A stretch of DNA of 64,000 nucleotides from Rhizaria sp. SCN 62-66. Lineage: Eukaryota. The notes below the pieces were generated by a model that was not told the origin of the DNA, ran no database searches, and was given only the letters and a program-made list of their open reading frames with translations. Shown piece after piece: positions 51,801-62,400 of the stretch. The stretch covers positions 62,001 through 126,000 of the forward strand of contig MEDY01000009.1 of the NCBI GenBank assembly GCA_001724265.1, in the 5' to 3' direction. Both the position numbers and the translations under genes were made by a program. Each line of letters starts with the position of its first letter. Position 1 is the stretch's first letter.

Positions 51801-53085
51801 GCGGTCGCGCATAGGTCATATTGGTGTCAGGGGCCGCGACACCGCTCTCCTGTTCACCCCCGGCGCGTTCCATCACGGTGCCGCTGCGGCCGCGGTGACC
51901 GCGGGTGGCGACGGTACGGTTGCCGTCGTGGGATCCGTGCGCACCTTCTTCCCCCGCCCCGCGGCTCGCGCTGCTGCAAGTCAAGCTGTCGCGGGAGCTG
52001 CGGGTGATGCTGCGGAGAACGCTACACCTGATGTGGTGCGTGCGCTTGCAGCATTACTTGCTCCCGACGTGCATAACAGCCACGCCGCGGCTGCTGCCGC
52101 CACAGCAGACAGTGTGGGCGCTCTCAGCTCCGGCAGTGTGCTGGCAACCCCGCCCGCGGCCTCCCGCCGCGCGCGCCGCCGTCGGGGCGCTGCCTCTGCG
52201 AACGCGTCTCCCTCAAGCAATGGAGGTGGCTCTGGGAGTTCGCCAGGTCCGTCGCCCGGTCCTTCGCCCTCGTTCGCACCCATTGCCGCCGCCGCGGCCG
52301 CGCGCGCTGCCGCTGCGACTGCGGCCGCAACAGCAGCGCGTGCTGCCGCCGCGGCCGCAGTGCCGTCTTGGCTGGCCGTGGACTTGCTTGCTGCTCCGTG
52401 GGACGGCGTTGACCCACGCCCACAGTCATTCAGCGCGAGCGCCATGAGTAGCGTCAGGAGTGGCGCCGGTGAGAACGAACCATTCCCGTACTTCACGCCG
52501 CGTGTGCGCATTCCTGTCCCGACGGCTTCTTCCGCGAAAAACGGCGCTTGTGAGCGCGCTCTGGAGACAGTGCGGGCAGCGGTCGCCGCTGCGATCGCGG
52601 CGGGCAGTCCGGCCGCGGGGCCCGAAGGCGCGGGTGTGGAGTCGCGCGTGACTGCGGCGCTGTGGGCGGGGTTCGACGTGCTTGTCTCCGCTGTGGCGGC
52701 GGACCCGGCGCGCGCGATGCGGCACACGCTGCCGTCGCCGGTCCCCGCGCTCGCTGGCTCGACACTACCGCAGGGCGAGGGCGCGGCGTGCGCAAAGGGC
52801 GTCGTCGTGGTGCGGACAGAGCTCCGCGCGCCGCAACCCGCGCTGCCGCTGCGCGCGGTGCTCGTGCTCACAGTGATGTACTTGATGCTGGGGCAGTACC
52901 TGGCGAACCATCTGCTGAGTCAGCTTGTGTCGGCGACGCGGCTGCGCAACATTACTGCGTTTGCGCTTGTGCTGGCATCGGTGCCGTGGGTTGTGTATGG
53001 CAGGGCGCCGGACGCAATGCAAGCCACTGTTGCTGGTGCAGTAGCGGGGTTTGTCGCGTTGCTCGCATGGGCAGATTTTATCTAA
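45808..53085 (+). CDS. 2425-aa protein with a degenerate Clp1/Nol9-like P-loop domain and 2-3 C-terminal transmembrane helices
   Basis: Open ORF from ATG 45808 to TAA. GRVLVLG...DDGVGSKLWLTTMLNALATRGPQPVLLDL...GQGLIAAPGAVAAVAI (about 49415-49720) and SGTKRCLVVDATWD...VKPTMVML (about 50215-50380) parallel the motif order of Clp1. Hydrophobic C-terminus at about 52850-53082. Confidence 0.6.
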   Translation: MSAPWASAALPPSPTTPHGPHLPQTPPAPSGPVPFPSPNSSFSFSFPTPSAPSASSSSSAGAGAIAGPAAAPALPFHSLVRLTPQRPRALVRSRLPFLLLPLRGSASALGTVLPARRPWLLAPGATIVEAWDFTVTKTVDVLVALQDAAPASLAAALAAHRALLTADPRALRLEITAAAAALALPAAAAMTSEAGPASPLSASPSLTTLGYSPPLLRLAASATGGASPPVPVAQPQLGSAALAPTPALAAAAATATGSGAGAGGASASARARPPRLSLPPQHQHLSEEGTADAASTATSSALAGGSIASRSAAAARARASTDAGIGDAGAGNAGPGESGLSSTSHSANQSPTAFPLPLPLPLPPLSADGVALAMTSTASGQLNSMGSGDRAGSSSYSSAGATGSGSLHSVSFSGVSSSGGGGSANPSGRLEYRVTSLNTTPDVSGDTTPLLRKRASASASINRAAKLAASRSHHGNGSISSATESGRAAVDLDPAAAAAAMAATTALLATAATAAALGALVAHPRLPLPAALAAAHRVTTNVANSDGICVATTETDALPPDADDDAETEAEAAAEAEADRECRALWLPGVLTVTPLPPPPPPAPAAPVPAPAAQLLSRRPANGSPAPAVPGATLVTAAATAAVAAAALARAGSAAGAGAAVASDGAAAGASVVVAAREWVRWLLDAAALQASAKGAQSVDQSHDSAPNAFGVSNAVAESAPTPPVHVPTAVTASKQGSSAVRAVVAAEKRKQLLQQQQQQQQQHVQANTGEQTLTQADSASTATKDAIALTSTPTATHTEAIAPMLASPLSESPASACDATLSPNPLDVSVSETAAGYNTDNNGGNDDGDDDGDETGAATGGEGKKKKRRQRGRGGKPKPAPVDAAQPQEAAGDDVVAPVDPATNVAATADEKVTPTETTTAKNDAATTDAVHERSADVARTAVAGTETASADVTAKSEAIPADGVADDDDGDNAEDGDTTAGATTDAVGGVKKKRRQRGRGGKPKVAATNEAVADDAGDATADVSAVHVKHDTVAVNTENHVTDDSTAQNVLVDSVVTALIPTPAVNSVNVPALPNPAAKSAAASTAVTSITADATAARGLTLVCTPPPPPAPLPALPDAVRALFALGVLPVDATTYARAISSDADDSFARDAAAAGDAAVRVRVRPPPQPLSWSLVTATTAHRAALRIREVSASAAARNGGGRVLVLGHSRRSQAACAAQLHGSRRDRASAEEKNDAETEDDGVGSKLWLTTMLNALATRGPQPVLLDLTQAASVAESQAVSRCGAGQGLIAAPGAVAAVAIVLSPTASAVPALRQSSPLNTAAYSIVMPDAEAGSGANGAAMSVARAVVAQYDGELAAATAAAAASVVVASAVSVDAIADANAEPSLSPLPQPSIGLASHSGEGAANNAADGDEEEEESAQPTAQQPQKQADTAPRKGAGGKKGRNTAKRTGAAATATLAASTAAASGTKRCLVVDATWDFDSCVSETATCSAADAVSRAQQYLDFARAVIATVKPTMVMLCPLATAVTASAESLGPGDVRVPSLLLPGTPAANSGAPAGAVACELVCTAIATANTAAVTAPGCVGARSARYGAEEDEVDALLSSVSFVRPPPLHPAPAPVFTLAPAATDSSTTSASEGRVLYDLVYPRRYRASAAPVSLTAAEAAVRAASAEAEAAWRALTVHGSQSLVLVAASAPRTAAAAAGWLDASTGSRMRCRLAVVTPVGDNDSDAKSDRLVAGDSALLLSTTGSGNSSVVTAVFAAAPSVAARICLRARGAAAIVAPARAAARSATWGARGWSDFGPPSAGGDGPDAPPPPLQWLRVGPALYGVGLPAIATAGGRKSVRCIDPMSHPPLLCALLQLLGQVPVSASALNTLAAGWTRRAAFGAGAGLAAMSRVAGDAVRATAYAATGASPALLPHTARPATDTAAMQRAIDWAQYLLLTIAPPLPQTSLGHIAAAPTAALAAAAHALGPLLTALIAPRRSHPSKRLQQTRSRIGHIGVRGRDTALLFTPGAFHHGAAAAAVTAGGDGTVAVVGSVRTFFPRPAARAAASQAVAGAAGDAAENATPDVVRALAALLAPDVHNSHAAAAAATADSVGALSSGSVLATPPAASRRARRRRGAASANASPSSNGGGSGSSPGPSPGPSPSFAPIAAAAAARAAAATAAATAARAAAAAAVPSWLAVDLLAAPWDGVDPRPQSFSASAMSSVRSGAGENEPFPYFTPRVRIPVPTASSAKNGACERALETVRAAVAAAIAAGSPAAGPEGAGVESRVTAALWAGFDVLVSAVAADPARAMRHTLPSPVPALAGSTLPQGEGAACAKGVVVVRTELRAPQPALPLRAVLVLTVMYLMLGQYLANHLLSQLVSATRLRNITAFALVLASVPWVVYGRAPDAMQATVAGAVAGFVALLAWADFI
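48400..48825 (+). repeat. Duplicated basic motif KKKRRQRGRGGKPK (48400-48444 and 48784-48825), each preceded by an Asp-rich tract
   Basis: Identical 14-residue peptide with synonymous differences between the copies. Confidence 0.85.
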
Positions 53086-53409
53086 AACATTTAGTGCTAA
53101 AAGAAAACTATTGGTACTATAATTTGTGTACATATTCCTTTTTAAACTCGTTACTTAGAATACAGCGACGCTATTTTGTAATTGAATTTTAGAAATTACT
53201 TTTTTTTCAGTCACAATCAACAATATGCCAACCATCTGTACTGAAGGCCCCAAAGATTCCTAGATCAATGAAGTACTTGACATACCACATAAACTAAAAA
53301 AGTAATTCATGATTTAAATAGAAAATATTATGTATTTTCAGATATATAATAAATATTACGTCAGAGTCTATGTAAGCTGTCAATTTTGTAAATGCTAAAA
53401 TTTGGTAGT

Positions 53410-56400
53410 TCAGTTGGTTGGCACAGATTTGCGGAGGAGGTAGGTAAACTCCTCGACCAAGTCCATGCCATCACCATTGATCATGTAGATCTCGAAGATG
53501 TCCTTAATTCGCCAGCCATGTAGCTTCATCAGCACGTCTGCAACCGCATCGGCGCTGTTCTGCCGCAGCAGCACGCGCACGTGCATGACTGGCCTGTTGA
53601 TCGCGAAGCGCCAGTTGTACTCGTCGCCCTCGCTCTCGTTGTCGCTGCCCATCGCGCCGCGGGGCAGGTCCATAATCAGACTGTCGGGCTGCGCGCACCG
53701 CATCGGCGACAGGAATGCGACGCCCCCGGGGGCCAGCTCCCCGGCCGGCAGCGCCTCTCGCAGCCCCGCCTCGGTCTGGATCTGGCTCACATACAGCGCC
53801 ACCTGCGCACGCAACGGCAGCTCCACCAGTGCCGCGGGCGGCGGCTGCGGCCGCACGTTGACCGGCACGAGCTGGCGCCGGATGCGCGCAAACCGGGCGC
53901 GGTTGGCCTTGCGGTATTCCTCGGCGGCCCGGCGCGCAGGCTCCTCGGCCTCGGCCTTGGCGTTGCGCCACGCCCAGTCGGCGAACCAGGCCTTGTACTC
54001 CGGCGTGCCCGGGAACGGCACGTCCTCGCCGAGCGCCTTCTCGCGCATCACGCGCCACATGTCCTGGTGGTACGCCTCGAGCGCGCGCGCGTCGGCCTGG
54101 GTCCGCGCGGCAGCGGCGGCCTCGAGCTCGGCGCGCCGCAGAATGCGGTCCGCCTGCTCCTGCGCCACGCGCTGCACGCGCAGCTTTTCCGCCATCGCGC
54201 GCTCGCGCTTCCACATCCGGTGCGTGTAGAGCAGCAGCCGGTGATACTTTACCGAGCGCGGCGAGTTCTTGTGCTCGAACCAGCACAGCGGCTGCCGGAT
54301 CGCGGGGAAGGCGTAGTTGAGCCGCTCTTGCCCGATGTCGCGGCGCATCGTCTCGTCGTCGGCGTCGGAGCTGTGCGGGGACAGCTCAGAGAAGTCCGAG
54401 TCGCCGTCCGGGTGCTCGGGCGAGAAGTTGATCGGCGGTAGATAGTTGCGCCGGCGGCTGCTCTTGCGCCGCCCGCTGCGCGACGGCCGCGTCGGCGGCA
54501 GCGTGTTGGGGTCGAAGCGGTACCGGTTGAGGTTGATGTTGTGGCGGCCGCGGAGCCGCTCCTCGAGCGCAAAGATGACCTTCTCGTGCTTGAACGTGAG
54601 TCTATGCGCGGCGGCGTCGGCGCGGTACGCCTCGAGCTCGGCCGTGAGGGCATCGTGCTCGAAGTCGCTGAGCTCGGCAAGGGCACCGTCGTCACCGTGC
54701 CACAACATTAGCCCCTCGGTGTCGGAGCCGGCGGAGTCCTCCACGGGCGGGAACTCGTACGGGATGAACGAGACGCGGAACCGGGGCGCGGGGAGAGAGG
54801 CGGAAGCGGGATCGGCGGCGATGTGGTCAGGAACTGACTCGTTATTGGTGGGGTCTGGAAGTGAGATGACCACCTCGTTGTGGACATCGGGCTCAGACAG
54901 AGCAGGAACACCGTCATCGTCGACGTCGTCATCGTCAGAGTCATACTCGTCTTCACCGTCAGAGCCCGAGTCAGGCGCAGTGCGCGCGGCATCCTTGCTG
55001 CGCTTCTTCTTTGTCTTCTTGGACTTGGCAGCCGTTGCATCAGAGTCAGCTGTGGGCCCATTTCCATCATTCGGAATAAGCTCATCAGCAACCTTGACAC
55101 CAACCACAGTCTCAGCACGAGCATAAACCTCGGCATCACCATCGACAACATCAGCGGCGTTGGTATTTGTCTCCACAGTAGCGGCAGGATAAAGGTCAAC
55201 GAGCGATGCATCGGCGGCAGAGAGAATCTGCGTGAGACCCGAGTCCAGCGCCGCCGCGGCCGCAGCGAACGCGCTCTTGCGAGCCTCAAGCTCGGCCACC
55301 TCGCTCTCGCTCTCGCGCCTCGCGTCGTCCTGCGACTCCGACTTAGTCTCCGCCTCAGGCGTTGTCGACCCAGCGGCGCTGGCGCGGCTGCGGGCGACTG
55401 CCGAGTCGGGGTGCGAGCCGACGGCCTCGTCAGCGACTTCGGCGGCCTGCCTGGCCCTTAGTGCGGCGGCCGCGGCCTCGGCCTCGGCGATGGCCTCCTC
55501 GACCTGCAGCACGTCCTCGATGTCCTCCAGCGCGCTCTCCTGTGCGCGCTCCATGGCCGCGGCCTCGGCGTCGGCCGCGGGCAGCGCGGGGGCCGCGGGG
55601 CGCAGCGCGGCGTGCAGGCGCGCGCGCATCGCCGCCGTGCGCGCGGCCGCGGCGGCGCTCTCGGCCTGCATCGCGTCCACGCTCGCCAGCGCCGAGGCCC
55701 ACGCGGCGGACTCGGCAGCCACGGCGGCGGCCGAGTCGGCGCCCGCGGCCGCGGAGGCGCGGGAGGCCAGCGCAGCCAGACTGGCCCACGCGGGCGCAAG
55801 ACCGTCGCTCTCGTCCGCGGTGACGGCGGCGGCTGCGGCGTCCTTCGCCGCCTTAGCGGCGTCGGCGGCGGCCGCAGCGGGAGTGGTGATCTCGGTGACT
55901 TGCTCCGCTGTGGTGACAGCGGGGATGTCTTCAGTTGCAGCGACCGGGTGAGGCTCAGACACAGCGTCAATGATGGGAATGTCATCGTGGCTGGGCTCAG
56001 CGTGCACAACGTTGAAGCTGTCTTCGTCTTCAGCAGCGTGCTCTGCTTCGTTGATCTCGCCACTGCTGGAGGCAGCTACATCAATGCAGCCATCATCGTC
56101 GTCGTAGTACTCGTCGTCGCCGCCCATCGGCAGCGCGCTGTCGTCGATGGCGCTGAAGTACGCGTCGACGTCGCCGGCCACCGCGCCCGCGCTGCTGGCG
56201 GCGGCGGGTGCGGGGGCTTCCGCGTTGTCGTCGTCGTTGTAGAAGCGGCTCTTCTCAGCCTCGGCAAGCGCGTTGGCCGCGGCGACAGAGACAAACGAAC
56301 GGTTCACGTCATCGTCACCGGTGTCGTCGAATGCGCTGACCGCGGTGATGGCAGGCTCACCAGTCGCGGGAGGAGCAGCAACGGCGTCTGCGGCGTTGAA

Positions 56401-59400
56401 GGCGGCGACAGCCTCATCAATGCCATCGTCCAGATCACTGATCTCGGGAGAGCCAGGAATTGCAGCCACCTTAGCTTCCACCGTCGTCTCCACATCATTC
56501 TTGGCTTGATCCTGGGCAACTGTCTCGACAACATCATCATCAGCAGCAACCACATCCGACTTCGTCTCCGCCTCGGGCTTGCTATCTGCCTCAGACTTGG
56601 TCTCTGCTTCGACAACAGCAGTGGGGTCACGATTGCGTCTCCAGGCGACCGCGGCGCGCTTGCGCTGCTCGATCTGGGCCAGGGCCGCGGCAGGCGTCAG
56701 CTTCACGCGGCCTTTGGCCGCAGCTGCAGACTCGGAACTGCTCGCTGCGACAGACTCCCCAGTCGCAGCGGGCGCCTCATCGGCAGCGGCGGCGGCGGGC
56801 GACACAGCGATTGGCACACCGGCTGCGTGAGCCGCAACAGCGGCCTCGGCGGCGACGGCCTCGAGTTTGTCCGCTTCCTTGGCGGCAGCGGCTGCGGCCT
56901 GCGCCTTCATGGCGGCCAAGCGCTTGAGACGCAGCCCGCCGCCAGCGGCGAGCGCGGCCTCGGCCTCGGCCGACGCCTCGAAGGCGGTGGTCGCCGCGGC
57001 GCGGGCGGCTCTGGCGGCTGCGGCAGCGGTGTCGCGCGCGGAGACAAGGGCTTCGAGAGTCGCAAGATACTGAGCGGTGAAGCTCTCAGCGTCCGGGTCC
57101 GGCTGTGAGACATCACCATCAGCGTGCTCGACGCCGCTGACGTTGTGGCTGTCGCCACCAAAGGCGTCGGCGAGCAGCATGGCGTCGACCGCGGACTGCG
57201 ACAGGTCATCAGCGTCGCCGGCCGCAAGCAGAGCGGGGTACTTCCCGTCCTCAGTCGCAGCAGCAGCCTCCGTATTGGCACGGTGTTCGCTCGCAGCGGC
57301 CTCAATCTCGGCCGCGGCAAGAGCGGCGTCGGTGACCACGAGCGACACGACGGTGGAGACAAAGCTGCTGTCGTCCTTGATGTCGTCCCCGTCGGCGTCG
57401 GCCTCGTTGCGCTCGCCCTCGTCCGTCGAGTCGTCGGGCCCCACGCCGATCTGGTCGTTGCGCGGCTCGCGGCCCGAGCGCCCGCGCCGGCCGCCCGCGC
57501 TGGGCTCGAGCGCCCACGCGCCGCCCATGCCGCCGTCAGCGCTGGCGAACATGCGCGCGAGCGTGCGGCCGTGGACCGCGTTGAAGCTGGTGTTGGCCGC
57601 GGCCTCCTCGTGTGTCTGGCGCAGGAACGAGTCCAGCGCGGCCGTGGCGCGCTTGGTGTCGGCGGCCAGGCGGCGGGCCAGCGCGGCGCCCTTGTCGGGG
57701 ACACCATCGCAGCAGTGGGAGAAGTCTTCCTCGTCTTCGTCCTCGTCGTGGTGATCGTCGTCGTGACCAGCGTTTGCTGCGTGGACGTCTTCGTCACTGC
57801 GCTCGCTGTCGCTGCTGCTGTTATCACCGCTACTGCTGCTGCTGCTGCTGTTGTCAACCTTCTTAGCCACAGGCAGCACGCTGTTGACGCGCACCGGCCG
57901 GTCCCAGTCCTCCTCCATGACCGCAGGCTCTTCAGGCGCAGCTGACGCGGCTGCTGGAGGCGTGACGCGAACAGGTTTGTCCCAGTCATCGTCCGTGACA
58001 GTTGAGCCAGTCGATGCAGCAAGCGCGGCTGACTTAATTTTAACAGGCTTGTCCCAGTTGTCATCGGTGACCCCGCTGTCGCTCTCAGCCGCATAAGTAA
58101 CAGTGGGCGTGGGCGCGGAGGCCTTGACCGGCCTGTCCCAGTCGTCCACAGCAGCGTCCTCGTCGCCCTCCTCGATGGGCGGCACTGCGGGAGCCGGCGG
58201 CGCGGCGCGCACGGGCCGGTCCCAGTCGTCCTCGCTCACCGCCGCGGTGGATGACGCACTGTCCTCGTCGCCGTCGCCGTCGCTGTCGTCACCGTCGGTC
58301 ATGATGGCGCGGTGTGGGACGCCCGGCGTGCCCGCGAGCAAGCGGCGCAGCGCAGCGGCCTCCTGCTCGGTGAGCCCGTCGTCGGCGTCGGCGGCGGCGC
58401 CGGGGGACGGCTGCGCGGGGTCGAACACGCGCACCTGTTCCAGTTTCTCCGCGAACGCGATCGCGGCCGAGCGCCTGCGCAGCGCGCGCACGTGCACGCG
58501 CGCGCGGCCGCCAGGCGAGAGCAGAGCGCCGTCGCCGCTGCTGTCGAACTCAGCGCTCTCGGCGAAGGGCGCGGTGCGGCTCGTGCTGCCGCCGCCTTCG
58601 GCGCCGTCGTTGACGGCGGTAGGAGTGTCCACGTCCTCGCTGTCCTCGCTGTCGGGCCCGTACGGCGCCGGATCGTCGGGGTGGTGCAGCGCGTGGCGGC
58701 GGCGCACCGCGCGGCGGCGGCGGCGCGCGCTGTCGGGTGACGTGATGCATGACCGCAGCGGGGACTTCATCGGCGACGCAGGGGTGACGTGCAGCACTAG
58801 AGACGCGGAAGCGATGCCCGCGTGACTGCGGGGAGGTGTGTGATGCGCGTCGTCGTCGGCAGCGCTCTCGTCAATATCAGCAGTTGTGGCGGGCTGAGAC
58901 AAACACATCAGCGGATTGGGCAGGTCAGGCATCGAGGTCGACGACTGAACCGTCTCTGCAGTGACGTTGCACTCGCTGTCATCACTGTGCTCAGCAGCAA
59001 CGCCGCTCTGCACGGCTTCACCCGCGTCTTGCACAGCGGGCGCCATCCACGACTCCACGACGCTCTGCCGCGCGGCCACAAACGCTGCCCAGTCAAGCGT
59101 CTCCCCCGCGGCGGCCTCAGCGGCGGCCTCCGTTGGAGCGCCGTCCGCAGCAGCAGCGAGCTCGGCAGCGCGCATGTCCGTATACTGCTCGAAGAGCTCG
59201 GCGAGCTCGTCCGTGCCCATCGGGTCGCGGTTCGTGGTCAGGAAGGCGATAAGATCCGCGCTGGTGAGCTCGTCGCCGTCTTCGTCGTCGTCTTCCGCGT
59301 CGCCGTCGAGCACCACAACGTCAATGTGAGGTGCGTGTGAGCTGACAGCAGGTTCAGTGCGACTCGCGTCGTTCGTCTCAGAGTGAGCGTAGGCACCAGC

Positions 59401-62400
59401 GTCAACGACCGCATCCGCAGCAGTCGACACATGCTCAGCAACAGTCACCGTCTCGGTCGCAGCGTGCTCCTCGACTTCGACGTCGCTGACGGCGGAGGAG
59501 TGTGGGGACGGCACGCGCTCTGCCACTGTGTCGTCGTCGATCGCAGCGTGCTCCACCTTGTGCTGTGCCTCAGGCGCTGCATCAGCCACAGCAACAACAC
59601 CATCGCCGTCCTTGTGGTCGTCGTCATCGGCGTACGCGGACAGCATCTCCCGCGCGCGACGCAGCGCGTCCTGCGCGCGCGTGGGCTTATCGCTGTCGCC
59701 GCTGTCCGCGCCCGCGGTGGCCGCATCATCCGAGTCAGAGTCGCTCGGGGGCGCCACGGGGTCGTGCTGGGCGAAGCGCGAGGCCGCGGCGCGCACGGCA
59801 GCCTCCACTGCGGCCTCCGCCTCGGCAGAGGCCGCGGCGTCGGAGCCAGCGGCAGCGGCGGCAGGGTCTTGTGCGGTGTGTTCTGCGGCGAGAAGGCACT
59901 CCTCGTCCTCGTCGTCCGCGGCGAACGCGGCGGTCACTGAGGACTTGGAATTTGACTTGGACACAGCAGAGGGCGCAGTCGGGCGCGCAAGCATGAACGC
60001 GAGCGATGCACGCACAGGCGCGGCGTCGCTGCCAGAGCCCTTGGCGCCGTCGGCGTCGCTGTCGCTGTCGTTCTTGTCGTCGGCGTCGCCGGCGCGCTCT
60101 TCGTGCTCGACCGCGGTCGCCGCGGCGGCGTCGAAGGAGCCCGAGGCGTAGAGCCCGACCTCCTCAGCCATGCTCGCGGCCAGCCCCACCTCGTCCGCCT
60201 CTACCGCGCCGCGCTTTGCGCTGCCTTGACGCGGCCTGCTGCCGCTCGGGGCGGCGTCGCCGAGGGCCGCCACACTGAATGACGCATTGAAGGACGCGTG
60301 CGCGGCATCGTCGTTCTCGGGCTCCTCCTCCTCCGGCTCCGTCACGGGCTCGGCGCCGCACGCCTCGGCTTCGGCGCGCGCGTCCGCGCACAGTCGCGCG
60401 TACACCGCGGCGTCGTCAGCATCCTCTGCCTCCGCGGCCTCGGCGGCGCGCCGCTGCTGCTCCTCCTTGAGGACGCGTGCGCGCTGCGCGGCGAGCGCGG
60501 AGCCCACAGTCGCCGCGGCGCGCGCCATGTCGGCAACGGCGGCGCCGAGCCACGCGCCCGCAGTCGCGGAGACGGCGCCGTCGGGCCAAAGGAAGCACAG
60601 CGGCGGCGCCTCAGCCGCGACGACGGCGATACCGATGAAGCGGACGTCGCCGCTCTCCGCCGAGGCCTCTGCGGCTGCAGTTGCGAGCGCAGCGGCGGCG
60701 GCCGCGAGCGCGCGGTGCCCGCAGCGCACCGCGGCGTCCGCGGGCGAATGCAGCAGCGACGCGCCGGCGGCGGCGGCCCCCGCGGCGGCGGCAGCGGCGG
60801 CGGCGGGCGGCGGCGCGGGCGCGCGCGGGGGCAGCAGCAGCACGACGGTAGGCTTGCGCGCGTAGTCGGTCCGCGCCAGCGCGAGCGCGGCGGCGCCGGG
60901 GGTCAGCGCCAAAGTCGCCATGGTCGATGCCGAGGCGGGTGATGCGGCGGGCGCGGAGTCAGCTTCGGAGGCCAGCGCGGCGGGGAGCGAGATGAGCACT
61001 GGCACGGGGCTGTCGAAGTGAGCCACCGCGTCCGCGGCCGCGGACAGCGCGGCGGGCACGCGTTCGAGGTCCTCGGGCAGAGCGAGGTACGTGCACGAGG
61101 GCAGCTCTTGCTCACAGTGTCCTCCGTCACCTTCATCGCCCTCGAAGTCACCTTCCAGGCCGTCGGCAGCGCAGTGCACGGAGTCGTCGCCCTCGCAGTG
61201 GTCGACGGTGTCGCCCTCGTCCGCGCCCACGGCGAAGAGCGCCGCGTCCTCGGCGGCCTCGCTGTCGACGGCGTCCACTTCGCTGACTTCGGGGCCGTAG
61301 ATGTCGCTTGCCACGACGCTGTCGCTGCCGACGCGGTCGCTACCAATGCGGTCGCGGCGGCGGTCAACGACGGAGTCGGCGCCGTACTCTTCGTCGTAGT
61401 CGCTATCGACCTCGCCCAGACCGAAATCGGCCCAGTCGCCCGTCACGCGCGCGTCCAAACTCAGGCCGTCAGCGCCACCACTGCTGCGCGTACCATTGAT
61501 AGCGGCAATTGTGGAGAGAATGGGGTCGCTCGTGTAGTGCTGCTCACTGCCAGCACTGACGTCGGCGTCAGTCGCGACCTGCGCGGCCTCATCGTCCTCG
61601 TCATCGTTCTCGCCGTCGTCGTGAACGCTCGCGCGCTTGCCGGCCTTGGCGTCCCCAAGCGTGCGGTTCGAGTTGCCGCCGTTGGTGAGCCCGTTCAGCC
61701 GCAGCAGCAGCGACGCAAACGTCGCCGACGTGCCCACGCGCTCTCTTTTGCCGGCGTTCGCTCCTACAGTTGCCGATGCGTCGGGAGCGCCCTTGTCGCC
61801 GTCATCAGAGTGCTCAGAGCTGTCGACCCCGTCCAAGTCTTCCTCAGAATCTGATTCGGCCGCCAATCCACGCGGGGCTCCCTTGCGCTTTGACATGTGC
61901 CGGGGCCGCGGCTCCACCTGCGCGCGAGCGGAGGCGAGGCGGCCGTAGGAGTCCGACGGCAGCGCGTCGTCGTCGGAGGGGTCGTGAAAGTCCCAGTCGG
62001 CCCCAGAGCCGTCGTCACCATCGTGTTCGTCAACGCGTCCACAGTCAGCGGTCTCTCCGTCGTCGCCGTCGTAGGCGCGGTTGCATTCTCCGGCGCACAG
62101 CAGGCGTTCGCACTCGGACTCGGAGTCGGCGGCGAGCGCGTCTTCGGCGTCGCACTGCCCGTTGTCGCAGCTGTCGTCCATCTCGAGCACACGGCCGGTC
62201 GCCGCAGCGGCGTCCAGGTTCAGCGCTTGCACAACAGGCGAGTGCATGTCCGAGTCCGGGGACACTTCGCCGCTGCGCCGCCGCGCCGCCGCCGCGGCCA
62301 CGGCCGAGGCAGCGGGTGCAGGCGCCAGAGCGGGGTTTTGCCATCGGCGCGCGGTGACGCCGCTCGTGAAGCTCTGTGAGCTCTTGCTGTTGTTCGCGGC

